A stretch of DNA of 63,522 bases, the filler included. It is 4 parts of 4 records of this genome, joined end to end, with 100 filler letters (N's around TTAATTAATTAA, not from the genome) between each part and the next. Parts side by side here need not be neighbours in the genome. Positions count along the whole stretch, not along the records: positions 1 to 31,120 come from SRR20825010_3548; 3 more parts are not named here. One strand, given 5' to 3'. The position numbers and the translations under genes were made by a program. Below, in pieces: positions 20,702 to 30,072 of the stretch; position 1 is the stretch's first letter; every line of letters begins with the position of its first letter. The notes below the pieces were generated by a model that saw nothing but the letters and a program-made list of their open reading frames with translations, did no database searches and was not told the origin of the DNA.

Positions 20702-21433
20702 TCAATCCCGGTTGTAGAGCACCGGCATTTTGCCTTTCCACCGATTCCATGTCTCGTCATCGGAGATTAGCTCGGCCATATGGCGAGCGACATTGATGCG
20801 GCTTGATTTTCCCGAATCGAAAAGCGGGCTTCGAATCGGCGAAGGATGAAGGTCATACTCGGTGACCTCGTTCGCATCGTGCAGCGAGTCAGGACGAATG
20901 ATGGACCATTCAATGGCGGCGTCACCTTCTTTGATTTGGGTTTGCAGATATTCAGCCGCTTGTTCGTTGTCGACGTGAGGTGGAACCAACACTCGCAACA
21001 ATCCAAACGCACATCGTTCCGCGAACGAGTGGGTTTCGTTCAAATGGTGATTGCTGACTCCCGACGAGCTCATCAGCACGAAGCGGATCGGCATGGGCCC
21101 GGAGGATTTGCTGGCTGCTTTGCACAACCGTTGGGCCACATCCGTGACCAATCGGCGCGGTTGTCCGAGCATGCCTTTCAGTGTCAGGTTGTGACCCAAG
21201 CACGATGCAATGGCATGGCAACCATCGACCTGAGCGGCCAGTTGCTCGTCGGTTAAATCGAGAAGGCTGGCTTCGGTGATCGTGCAAGTGGTTTCGTCGA
21301 ATTCGCCCAGCTTCTCACGAAGACGCGAGGCGGATCGAACCACCGTCACAACGTGGTGGCCGCGTTTGATCAGTTGTTGCATCAACAAGTGACCTGTTTG
21401 GCCGGTTGCTCCGGCGATAAATACCTTCGACAT
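20702..21433 (-). CDS. NAD(P)H-binding atypical SDR (flavin/biliverdin reductase-like)
   Basis: VFIAGATGQTG Rossmann motif, WSIIRPDSL, SRINVA; start at ATG 21433. Confidence 0.85.
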   Translation of the reverse strand: MSKVFIAGATGQTGHLLMQQLIKRGHHVVTVVRSASRLREKLGEFDETTCTITEASLLDLTDEQLAAQVDGCHAIASCLGHNLTLKGMLGQPRRLVTDVAQRLCKAASKSSGPMPIRFVLMSSSGVSNHHLNETHSFAERCAFGLLRVLVPPHVDNEQAAEYLQTQIKEGDAAIEWSIIRPDSLHDANEVTEYDLHPSPIRSPLFDSGKSSRINVARHMAELISDDETWNRWKGKMPVLYNRD

Positions 21434-21493
21434 CTCAATCTTCAAAAGGACGTGTTCACCAATCAAAATCTCATTGCGATTCGCTGGATGCAA

Positions 21494-23320
21494 TCATCGC
21501 GTGAGCATTGGTTCGACCCAGATGCCCCAGTCACCTCCGCGACCGTTGCCGCCATCGGTCACTTTCAAAGTCAGGGTTTGCACCTTGCTGACATCAATGT
21601 CGAACGCGTTGCCCTGACCGGCGGTCACGCGAGTTGCTTTCCAGAGCGATTTACCATCGCCGATGATTTCAAAATCGACTTGCCCAAACAGATTGCCTTG
21701 GATTCCACTTCGCCCGCGAAGACGTTTCCAGTTTCCATCAAGCTCGTAGACATGTTTGGCAGGTGCGTGGGCATAGATCCCGTGAGCAAAGTAGTCGCCA
21801 CCCAAGGACAACAATCGGTTTTTGTCTGGCACGGAGTTGTAAGTCGCACGCAACCATCCCACTTCGGACGATTGTGGGCGAATCGTCGAGAGCCAAATTG
21901 ATTTGGTAGTCGTTGGGATTCGAGCAGCGTCGATTGAAATTGGTTGGTCAACGTTTCGGAAACGATTTAGCACGCTTTGGCCGATGCTGGCGAGTTCATC
22001 GTCTGAGCCGGCGATTTCGCGAAGCAATTTGGTGGCGTCTTCGACCGAGCCGGTTTGCAGTTCATCGATCACCGGTTTCAGTTCCAATTCCAGCTTCGCG
22101 ATCGAAAGGTTTGGCGTTCCATCCGGGTTGATGCCGTACCGCAGCGACCGCGTGCTCGTCGTTCCATTGACGTGACAAGACACGATCCTCAACTCACCGG
22201 ATGTTCTCGGCCGGAGCGGACCACTGCGCATCGCAAATTCGCCGTCGGTGACGGGAATGGATGTTGCCGTGGTTGCGTCATAGTCGCCACCTCCATCTGG
22301 ATCAAAGTAGGCAACCACCGCATGAGATGGGATCGTAGCGCTGACACGCCCAACAACCTGAATTGATTGGTCTGGACCCACTGACAGGCGCAAGTCATGA
22401 AATTCGGTGGTGGGACGATCGTAGATCGAGCGGCTGACTTGTCGGTTGAAAACCGGATGAGCCGCCAATCGCAATGCATGAGTTTGCGTGATGAAAGTAC
22501 CTTTGCCTTCGCCTCGCAATTGTTGCGCATAGGTTCGGTTGCCCGATCCCATCAAAGCTGTGCCACGTTCGGCTTCGTCGACGCGTTGGCGACAATGTGG
22601 CAACGAAAGAGCATGGCCGAGTTCATGGATCACGCCACCAATGAAGATTGAGTTGTGACGGCCAATCGTGATGCGTCCGTATTCTCCGTCTCGGATCGGG
22701 GTTGGGTCACGAAAGCGACGGGTGTCCAGAATCTCGGAATCGCATTGCCAAGCGGTTCCCGATAGATGACTGCCGCCACCGTAGTAGGGACTGTGATGTG
22801 AGATCTTGCTGGCAACGGGATCGTAGTCCATCAAGTTGCAAAACAGCAGCAACACGGATGCGTCGGCGTCGATGCCGCGTTGCCGCAAAACCGGGATCAC
22901 TTCGTCACGGATTTTCTGTCCATCGGGTTTGTCGTAGTCCGTTTGTTCACCGACCACGTCAATAATGTCGATTTGTCCTCGTTCGTTTCGCAATGTGTGC
23001 ATGGAACGATTCGGGAAGCCATGTCGCTTGAGTTCGCTCTCGTAGAACTTCGCGGTTTCCTCGACGATCCTACGGATTCGTGCGGTGTGGTTGGCCGCCG
23101 GTTGACGATCGCGAGGCGTGAAGTACACCACGACAACACGACCGGGGGATTCGATCGGATCCGTCTTGATCGCTTGAGCGATTCGCTTGCGGGCCACGGT
23201 GACGGACGCGGCGGATGCGTGCGTTCGAACCGCAGACGGTCCGTCGGCGAACGACATCCTGACGTCGACGGCGAACACCGACGAGATCGCCAGAACGGCA
23301 AGCAACGAGAATGGTTTCAT
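21494..23320 (-). CDS. Secreted zinc metallopeptidase with a C-terminal NPCBM/NEW2 domain
   Basis: Signal MKPFSLLAVLAISS; HELGHALSLPH plus ALMG Met-turn; GIYAHAP...VDFEIIGDGK...LKVTDGGNG..DWGIW NPCBM pattern. Confidence 0.82.
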   Translation of the reverse strand: MKPFSLLAVLAISSVFAVDVRMSFADGPSAVRTHASAASVTVARKRIAQAIKTDPIESPGRVVVVYFTPRDRQPAANHTARIRRIVEETAKFYESELKRHGFPNRSMHTLRNERGQIDIIDVVGEQTDYDKPDGQKIRDEVIPVLRQRGIDADASVLLLFCNLMDYDPVASKISHHSPYYGGGSHLSGTAWQCDSEILDTRRFRDPTPIRDGEYGRITIGRHNSIFIGGVIHELGHALSLPHCRQRVDEAERGTALMGSGNRTYAQQLRGEGKGTFITQTHALRLAAHPVFNRQVSRSIYDRPTTEFHDLRLSVGPDQSIQVVGRVSATIPSHAVVAYFDPDGGGDYDATTATSIPVTDGEFAMRSGPLRPRTSGELRIVSCHVNGTTSTRSLRYGINPDGTPNLSIAKLELELKPVIDELQTGSVEDATKLLREIAGSDDELASIGQSVLNRFRNVDQPISIDAARIPTTTKSIWLSTIRPQSSEVGWLRATYNSVPDKNRLLSLGGDYFAHGIYAHAPAKHVYELDGNWKRLRGRSGIQGNLFGQVDFEIIGDGKSLWKATRVTAGQGNAFDIDVSKVQTLTLKVTDGGNGRGGDWGIWVEPMLTR

Positions 23321-23462
23321 CGGTGAGTGATTTGTCTGCGTTAAAAGGAATTCCGTGGCTGGTGGGCATCGAGGATGCTCATGATCGGCCATGCGGTGCA
23401 GACTCATCAAGGGGAAGGGGCCGGCTCGAAAGCCAGCGGTCTTCCTATCGCAATTTCGTCGC

Positions 23463-25028
23463 TTATTCTTCGGTCGACGCCTCGGAATCTTCCGGACTCG
23501 CTACTTCGGAAGCTGCTGGCTTTGCATCGATCCGGTACGCTTTCGCGATCGCTTGTCGGCTGTAGTCAATCGACTCGCCCAGAATGCGAGCGGACTCTTG
23601 GCTGGCATGGAAACCCTTGCTGTTTTCGCTGGCGATGTAGTCCAAACGCCACATCGCTTTTCGTTGCAGATCGCGAATCGGTTTGAGTTGTTCTTCGGTT
23701 GCACCGGCTGCTTGGACTTCGATGATCGCGTCCAGCATTTCGGTCATCGCACTGGCTGCGCGATCGATGAGGGCTCGTGTTCGGTCCTGAATCACGTCCA
23801 CGCGAGCTTTGATCTCCGCCTCGGGAACCTTGTGGCAGGTCTGGCAAGCCTTGTTGATGTTCATCATCGGGCTGCGAACCCAGTGGCTGCTGACTTTGGT
23901 GGCGCCGACCTTCTCGTATGGCATGTGGCAGTCGCTGCAACTGACGCCGGCTCTCGCGTGAATGCCCTGGCTCCAAAGTTCGAACTCGGGGTGTTGGGCT
24001 TTGTAGACCTTTGTGCCAGTCGTTTTGTGGACGTAGTCGTAGAACTCTCCGCCGTCGGGGAACGTGGTGGCGTCCCACTCGGCCTCGAGGTTTTCCATCT
24101 TCAGTCCGTTGCTCCAGGGGTAGGTCAACGTCATCTTGTTCGCACAGTAGTACTCGACATGGCACTGGCCGCAGACAAACGATCGCATTTCCTGGCGAGT
24201 CGCCATGGTGTTCGGGTCGTAGTTGCCTTTCTCGCCGCTATCACGCCAGGATTGAATGCTGGGCAGATGGGGAACTTCGGCGTCGCTTTTGGCGAGCTTG
24301 TCGATGCCCAAGATGAAACCGGGACGCGTGACACGAATTGCCATCGTTTCTGGTTCGTGACAATCCACGCACGAAACGGGATGGGCACCGCCGATGTGTG
24401 GATCGCCGCTGGTCGCGTCAAACCCATCGGGAGTCTTTTCGAGTTCCGCATGGATTTCTTCGTACTTCTTCGTGCTGACCGATCGGAATCCCGCTAAGAC
24501 CGCTTCTTGCTGAAAGCCGTTCGCAAGGGCCTTTGCATCGGCTGGTTCACCTTGTTCTTCTAGGCCGATGCGGCGATAGGTGGCCGCGATCGATGCATGG
24601 CAGTGCAAACATGCACCGGATTGCTGAACGTCGGTCACTCGCTTGGTGACTTCTTGGTCGGCCAACATGTGAGCGTGACCACGGGCTTCGCGGTAATCAA
24701 TGCTGAAGGCATAGCCGGCGAACAAGCGTTTCAACCAAGGCGATTCTTCCAGCTTGCTCGGCGGGAGAGCATGATTGCCTCCGAAGTCGGTGTAATCATC
24801 GTCGACCGTTTTCAGGTAGTCCTCGTATTGCTGTGGGAAGTTCAGGCCCCACGGTTTGGGATCGGTGCTGATCTCGGTGACCTCCACCACTTTGGTGAAC
24901 GGAGCCCTGGCCTCTTGTTTGCGTTCAAAAATGTTGACCAGCAACGCCACAACGCCGAAGGTTGCGAGAGCGGTCAGTGCGGTCAATAGAATCAGCCATC
25001 CGAAGCTGCGTGGTTGCTGATCGGACAT
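23463..25028 (-). CDS. nrfA: Ammonia-forming pentaheme cytochrome c nitrite reductase, CxxCH heme-1 variant
   Basis: LFAGYAFSIDYREARGH; five heme motifs CLHCH, CVDCH, CGQCHVEYY, CSDCHMP, CQTCH; KAQHPEFE; SENSKGFH. Confidence 0.95.
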   Translation of the reverse strand: MSDQQPRSFGWLILLTALTALATFGVVALLVNIFERKQEARAPFTKVVEVTEISTDPKPWGLNFPQQYEDYLKTVDDDYTDFGGNHALPPSKLEESPWLKRLFAGYAFSIDYREARGHAHMLADQEVTKRVTDVQQSGACLHCHASIAATYRRIGLEEQGEPADAKALANGFQQEAVLAGFRSVSTKKYEEIHAELEKTPDGFDATSGDPHIGGAHPVSCVDCHEPETMAIRVTRPGFILGIDKLAKSDAEVPHLPSIQSWRDSGEKGNYDPNTMATRQEMRSFVCGQCHVEYYCANKMTLTYPWSNGLKMENLEAEWDATTFPDGGEFYDYVHKTTGTKVYKAQHPEFELWSQGIHARAGVSCSDCHMPYEKVGATKVSSHWVRSPMMNINKACQTCHKVPEAEIKARVDVIQDRTRALIDRAASAMTEMLDAIIEVQAAGATEEQLKPIRDLQRKAMWRLDYIASENSKGFHASQESARILGESIDYSRQAIAKAYRIDAKPAASEVASPEDSEASTEE

Positions 25029-25097
25029 GACAAACCTTTGCGAACGAAGATTGAAAGAAGAGGTCGAATCGAAAGAACGGGATCAATACCGAGGGAG

Positions 25098-25634
25098 TCA
25101 ACGCGGATGCATCCAGTCCACTTTGCCGTGGCCCGCATGGCCAACGTCGGCATGGCAATGAACGCAGTTCTGCATGTCGTCTTGCGGGGTCGCCGGCAGC
25201 AACGTATGCACGAAATCACGATGGCAATCGACGCAGGTGCTCTGGGTGACTCGGCGGTTGCGTGGCTTGATTTCGATCGGATCGGAATAACCACCCATCG
25301 TGAACGCCAATGAATGGAAGAAACCATTGTCGCCTTTGACGACCCACTTGCCGATTTTGTCGTGAGGCAAGTGGCAGTCATTGCAGACCGCAACATGATG
25401 GTGCGAACTTTGTTGCCACGAATCAAAGTGAGACTGCATCACATGGCAATTGACGCAGGTTTCGGGGTTGTTGCTCAGGTAGCTGGCACCCTTGCCGTAA
25501 CCGAAAGTGAATGTGCCGATCCCAGCGAGCAGTCCCAGGACCAAACAAAAGGCAAACGTCGCCTTTGAGTACCAAATTTTCGCGGAGTTCTTGATTGGCA
25601 TCGGTTCCGATGGATCGCCGGGGGCAGATCGCAT
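25098..25634 (-). CDS. nrfH: Tetraheme cytochrome c nitrite reductase small subunit
   Basis: TM helix, SYLSNNPETCVNCHVM, CNDCHLPH, CVDCH, CVHCH; directly upstream of nrfA. Confidence 0.93.
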   Translation of the reverse strand: MRSAPGDPSEPMPIKNSAKIWYSKATFAFCLVLGLLAGIGTFTFGYGKGASYLSNNPETCVNCHVMQSHFDSWQQSSHHHVAVCNDCHLPHDKIGKWVVKGDNGFFHSLAFTMGGYSDPIEIKPRNRRVTQSTCVDCHRDFVHTLLPATPQDDMQNCVHCHADVGHAGHGKVDWMHPR

Positions 25635-25842
25635 GATGATCCATTCCTTTCGCTTGACCCAAGCCAGGTCAGAGATGACTCGCTTGGTGGGTTGGAATGT
25701 AACAACTCGCCCGTGCGTGTGAACCTTTTGAACGATGAAATTCAGCTTTGATAGCAGAACTTCATTGGTCTCTGTGCAATGTGATCAGGTGACCGGAAGA
25801 TCGGTGTGCTTATCTGCTCAGTTGCCTTGTTGATGTGTGACC

Positions 25843-26292
25843 CTACGGCACGCTCTCGTAACCATCCGGTGCGCGGAGAAGCTTGTTGTGCGTATGAACT
25901 CGTCGTGTGGGATTGCCGTTTGGATCGACGAGCACACCGCCGGCTTCGCACCATCCCAGGATGCCCGGTCGATAGTTGCGAGATTGAATTCCGTCTTTTA
26001 GGCAGCGTTGAGCAAATAACAAACTGCGACCACCGACCGTGCAGGACGCGATCACCGTTCGGTTTTTAAGCTCGTCACGTTGCGACCAAAAATCGTCCAT
26101 CGAAATGGCACCGGGGATTTGCGAAACATCTCGCTCGGTTTGTGAACGGACATCCACCAGGACGAAAGATTCGTCGGCACGTTCGAGCACGCTTCGCAGT
26201 TCCTCGGTCGAAATGTTTTCGACTCGGCTTCGTCTGACAAACGGAGCGATCCAATTGAGCCAGCGAACGAATTGCTTTGACAACCAAACCAT
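25843..26292 (-). CDS. Single-domain rhodanese-like sulfurtransferase
   Basis: LVDVR...SQIPGAI, active-site loop CTVGGRS, GILGW. Confidence 0.85.
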   Translation of the reverse strand: MVWLSKQFVRWLNWIAPFVRRSRVENISTEELRSVLERADESFVLVDVRSQTERDVSQIPGAISMDDFWSQRDELKNRTVIASCTVGGRSLLFAQRCLKDGIQSRNYRPGILGWCEAGGVLVDPNGNPTRRVHTHNKLLRAPDGYESVP

Positions 26293-26401
26293 GCGTGTTT
26301 CCTAACGAGGCGAAGCTCCTACCAAATGGAAGTGAGCGAGGGGATACATTGTTGGCTGTTTGAGGAACTGGATGAACCACGAAAAAGTCCCAATTTGGCG
26401 T

Positions 26402-26432
26402 TTGACTCTCCCCTTGGAGGAGGCCGTAGGAT
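26402..26432 (+). promoter_or_regulatory. MerR-type sigma-70 promoter with a 19-bp spacer and dyad operator
   Basis: TTGACT (26402-26407), 19 nt containing CTCCCCTTGGAGGAG, then TAGGAT (26427-26432), directly in front of a MerR gene. Confidence 0.8.
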
Positions 26433-26439
26433 GGCGGAA

Positions 26440-27258
26440 ATGTTCAGCATAGGCGAATTTTCCAAGGTGACCGGACTGACGATCAAGTCACTCCGGTTCT
26501 ATCACGAGCAAGGTGTTTTGACGCCCAGTCGCGTCGAAGCCGGAAGCGGGTACCGGTACTACTCGGAAACGCAGATCGAAACGGCGCGGGTGATCGCTCG
26601 GCTTCGTGAGATGGAATTCTCTGTGGCTGATGTTCGAGAAATATTGAGTAACCACAGCGACGATGCCGACATCATCGAGCGTTTGAGGTCCCAGCGGGCC
26701 GTGATCAAAGAGCGGATGAAAAAGGATCGTGACATTGCAGGATTGCTCGATCAAATCATTGTTCATGAAACCGAGGCAACCCAAACGATGAACCAAACCA
26801 ACTACGCCGTCGAGGAAAAGAGTGTCGAGCCTTGTTTGATCGCCAGCGTTCGCATGAAAGGAGCCTACAGCGAATGTGGCAAGGGATTCGCGAAAATTGG
26901 CCGCCGGATGGGGCGGTTCATCAATGGCAAACCCATGTTGTTGCAACACGACACCGAATACAAAGAGAACGACGCTGATTTCGAGGCATGCATGCCGATC
27001 AAGAAAGGCCAGTCGAATGAGGAGATCACCGTCAAGGAATTGCCTGGCGGACGAGCCCTGTCGTTGATGCATTTAGGACCGTACGAAGAGATCGGTCGGT
27101 CCTACGAAAAAATCATGAAGCATGCGAAAACGCAGTCACTGAGCTATCACCTGCCGACGCGGGAGATTTACCACAAAGGGCCCGGCATGATTTTCAAGGG
27201 CAACCCGAAGAAGTACCTGACCGAAATCGTGTTTCTGATTTCGGACGATGTTTCCTGA
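26440..27258 (+). CDS. MerR-family regulator with a C-terminal GyrI-like ligand-binding domain (BmrR-like)
   Basis: MFSIGEFSKVTGLTIKSLRFY...GYRYY HTH; HLGPYEEI and REIYHKGP GyrI-like motifs. Start placed at ATG 26440 because ATG 26431 lies inside the -10 box. Confidence 0.9.
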   Translation: MFSIGEFSKVTGLTIKSLRFYHEQGVLTPSRVEAGSGYRYYSETQIETARVIARLREMEFSVADVREILSNHSDDADIIERLRSQRAVIKERMKKDRDIAGLLDQIIVHETEATQTMNQTNYAVEEKSVEPCLIASVRMKGAYSECGKGFAKIGRRMGRFINGKPMLLQHDTEYKENDADFEACMPIKKGQSNEEITVKELPGGRALSLMHLGPYEEIGRSYEKIMKHAKTQSLSYHLPTREIYHKGPGMIFKGNPKKYLTEIVFLISDDVS

Positions 27259-27310
27259 AGCCGCTGAACCATCGTCCAACCTGTTTTGATCCTTCCTCTG
27301 AGAACCCATC

Positions 27311-27703
27311 ATGAGCGATGCCATCTCTTTGTTTCTTTCCGCTCCGACCTATGCCGTTGCGGGGGCGTCGGCTCGCCAGCACAAATACGGCAACAAGGTC
27401 TTTCGGGCTTTGATCGGATCCGGACGCACCGCGTACCCCCTCAATCCGATCACGGAAGAGATTGAAGGGCATCAGGCGTACCCGCGGATTCAGGATTTGC
27501 CGACGGTGCCCGAAGCGGTTTCGATCATCACCCCGCCCGAAGTGACTCGCAAAGTGGTCGCTGACGCGATCGACGCGGGCGTGAAGCATCTTTGGATGCA
27601 GCCTGGCGCGGAGGATGACGAAGCTAGCCAAGCAGCTCGCGAGGCTGGACTCACAGTGATCGATGACGGCAGTTGCATTTTGGTGCTGCTCGCTCGCGAA
27701 TGA
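27311..27703 (+). CDS. CoA-binding domain protein (YccU-like)
   Basis: AVAGAS, YPLNP, LWMQPGAE, GSCILV. Confidence 0.88.
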   Translation: MSDAISLFLSAPTYAVAGASARQHKYGNKVFRALIGSGRTAYPLNPITEEIEGHQAYPRIQDLPTVPEAVSIITPPEVTRKVVADAIDAGVKHLWMQPGAEDDEASQAAREAGLTVIDDGSCILVLLARE

Positions 27704-27753
27704 AACGCAACTCGCCGGTTTGAAACGCATCGATCGAGAGCGAACCTCGCGAG

Positions 27754-29154
27754 CTATTTTTCGATGGAGTAGCCCGCATTTTTCCAAGCACTCATGCTGC
27801 CTGGGACGTTGTGGACATGCTGGAACCCGTTTCGTTGCAACACACTCGCAGCGATGCTGGCCCGATATCCGCTGCCACAATAGACCGCGACAGGTTGGTC
27901 GCGTTTCAGATCCAACTCGCCGTTGACGCCATCTCTCATTTCAGCGACGTAGTGATGTTTCGCTCCTGAAATTCGATTGGACTTATATTCCGAAGGAGCG
28001 CGAACATCGAGGATCTGAAACTCACTTTTGTGTTCCTTCAAGTCATGAACGGTGAGTTGAGGTGTCGTCGACAACGGCAGACCGGCGTTGTCCCAGGCTT
28101 TCATGCCACCGACGAGATAGCCCTCGAAGCGATGCAATCCGACGACCGCAAAGTGCCAAGCGACCCAGTCCAATTGGGTTTCGTCTTCCACGACCAGCAA
28201 GATCGGCCGATCGTAGTCGAGCATGTCACCGGCCCACACAGATAGTTCTGGACGGTCGCCCAGATTGATTGCACCTTCAATGTGTCCTCCACCAAACGCA
28301 AGCATTTGACGCGTGTCGACGAGCTGTGCTCGGCCGGATTGAATTGCATCTTGAAATCGCTTCGGAGGCAAGCCCGGAACGACAGGGACGTGGCCGATCA
28401 GTTCGGGGCCCTTGGCGTTGATCTTTTTGAGAATGGGATAGTGCTGCGGCACGGGAGGGGCACCCTCGCTGACGAACGTCGCAAATTCGTCGAAGTCATC
28501 ATGCTGCAAGAACGCATTGTTTTTTCGTTCCTGGCCAATGGTGGTCATTGGTCGCTCGCCGATGCTGGCCCCGCAAGCGGAACCCGCTCCGTGACAGGGG
28601 TAAACGATGACGTCATCGGCCAGATTCAGGTAGTAATCACGAAGGGTCGCGAAGAGTTGCTTGGTGAGCTCTTCGGTTTCTTCCTCCCCCAACAAATCAG
28701 GGCGACCTGCGGATCCGACGAAGAGGGAGTCGCCACTGAGGACACCCCATGGTTCGTCCGGTGACTCGGAATCAGCCAGCTCATACGATAAATGTTCGGG
28801 TGTATGACCAGGCGTGTGCCGTGCAGTGATCTTCGTGGATCCAAATTCAAAGGAATCGCCGTCACTGATCTTTTGAACGTCGAATCCATAGTTGGCATCC
28901 CCTTCGCCGCTCGCGAAAATGTTTGCGTTGCCGACTCTGGATTGGAGTTCACGCGAACCGCTCATGAAGTCCGCGTGAATGTGAGTCTCGAAGATGTGTG
29001 TGATCGCGACGCCGTGTTTGCGACTGAGTTGGACGTAAGACTCGACGTTGGGTTGCGGGTCGATGACCGCCGCGGTTCCACTGCTGTCGTCACCGATCAA
29101 ATAAGACAGTTGCGAGATTCCTTCGGTTTGAATGGTCTCAAAAATCATGGTCAT
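27754..29154 (-). CDS. MBL-fold persulfide dioxygenase-like domain fused to two rhodanese domains (CstB-like)
   Basis: ETHIHADF, TPGHTPEH, GDSLF..GRPDL, PCHGAGSACG, GHIEGAIN, C-terminal YCGSGYRA; start at ATG 29154. Confidence 0.88.
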   Translation of the reverse strand: MTMIFETIQTEGISQLSYLIGDDSSGTAAVIDPQPNVESYVQLSRKHGVAITHIFETHIHADFMSGSRELQSRVGNANIFASGEGDANYGFDVQKISDGDSFEFGSTKITARHTPGHTPEHLSYELADSESPDEPWGVLSGDSLFVGSAGRPDLLGEEETEELTKQLFATLRDYYLNLADDVIVYPCHGAGSACGASIGERPMTTIGQERKNNAFLQHDDFDEFATFVSEGAPPVPQHYPILKKINAKGPELIGHVPVVPGLPPKRFQDAIQSGRAQLVDTRQMLAFGGGHIEGAINLGDRPELSVWAGDMLDYDRPILLVVEDETQLDWVAWHFAVVGLHRFEGYLVGGMKAWDNAGLPLSTTPQLTVHDLKEHKSEFQILDVRAPSEYKSNRISGAKHHYVAEMRDGVNGELDLKRDQPVAVYCGSGYRASIAASVLQRNGFQHVHNVPGSMSAWKNAGYSIEK

Positions 29155-29247
29155 TGGACTCACCTGGATGTCGAAGAAGAAGTGGCAGTGGAACTCTGCT
29201 GGTTCAGTTGCCGCGAATGAGCGACCGCGGCACGAATCCACAGAGGA

Positions 29248-29709
29248 TCAGCTCGTGGCGGCTTGCGTGCGGTTGTCGACGTACTCCTTCACGAATTTTT
29301 CCAGTTCGGGTTTATCGCATTCGAAGCCCATCTCTTTGGCTTGTTCGAGTGCCTGATCACCCGAGACACCTTGTTCGACCGCGGTGTGCATCATCATCAT
29401 CGCCCCGGCCCGTTTGCCGCTCTTGCAGTGAGCAAAAACCGGTTTGGGAAGCGACTGGTACTGCTCGCGAAATTGATCGACTTTCTTTTCGTCCATGCCA
29501 TCCATCGAAACGGGAACGTGCAGATACTTCAAACCGGTTGCCCGCACGGCCTCGCCTTCCTCCTCGGGAGACAAGGGCTGCTCGTCCTCTCCTGCGGTTC
29601 GAAAGTTGATCACGGAACGAAATCCATCGTCTGGCAAAGATTTCAGTTCGTCTTGGCTGGGTTGTGGGCCGACGGTCAATTGGTCGTTGAATTTCATTCG
29701 ATTTGACAT
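29248..29709 (-). CDS. DUF442 / phosphatase-like sulfur transferase domain protein
   Basis: GPQP, GFRSVINFR..GE, LPKPVFAHCKSGKRA; GAGGA Shine-Dalgarno region not relied on. Confidence 0.8.
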   Translation of the reverse strand: MSNRMKFNDQLTVGPQPSQDELKSLPDDGFRSVINFRTAGEDEQPLSPEEEGEAVRATGLKYLHVPVSMDGMDEKKVDQFREQYQSLPKPVFAHCKSGKRAGAMMMMHTAVEQGVSGDQALEQAKEMGFECDKPELEKFVKEYVDNRTQAATS

Positions 29710-29972
29710 GAGGAACTCCGTGTCCGAGGGGAATGTTTTGTTTGGGAAACGTCATCTGACGAAGAACAGACAGCAACTGATGTTCCAGACAAACGAGTCG
29801 GCAAGCACCGCGGTGCCGGAGCCAGTTGCCTCCGATTGCCTTCGCGAGCCAATACTGCGATCTCGTCGCGACATTGCGTGCCTGAAAAGCGGAGTGTGCG
29901 AAAGCTGGAGATCGATGTGACGTACCGCACACTTCCGGTCGCTTGAGTGCCGGAAAACCGGCTTGGTCGGTT

Positions 29973-29988
29973 TGGCACCAAGATTGCA
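29973..29988 (+). promoter_or_regulatory. Putative sigma-54 promoter of the USP gene
   Basis: TGGCACCAAGATTGCA, a near-consensus TGGCAC-N5-TTGCA, 85 bp upstream of ATG 30073. Confidence 0.7.
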
Positions 29989-30072
29989 ATTTTGCGAGCA
30001 GGATCACCGCTGCGAGCGATCAGGCGTTGCTACCCAGAATCGGGATCGCATTTCAAACCAGGAGTCAGAGTC

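Noticed and set aside
23391-24497. 368-aa + strand ORF, and similar long ORFs at 14702-15490, 15548-16531, 6127-6975 and 52222-53010
   Set aside because: Antisense shadows of well-supported genes in GC-rich DNA, with no recognisable motifs
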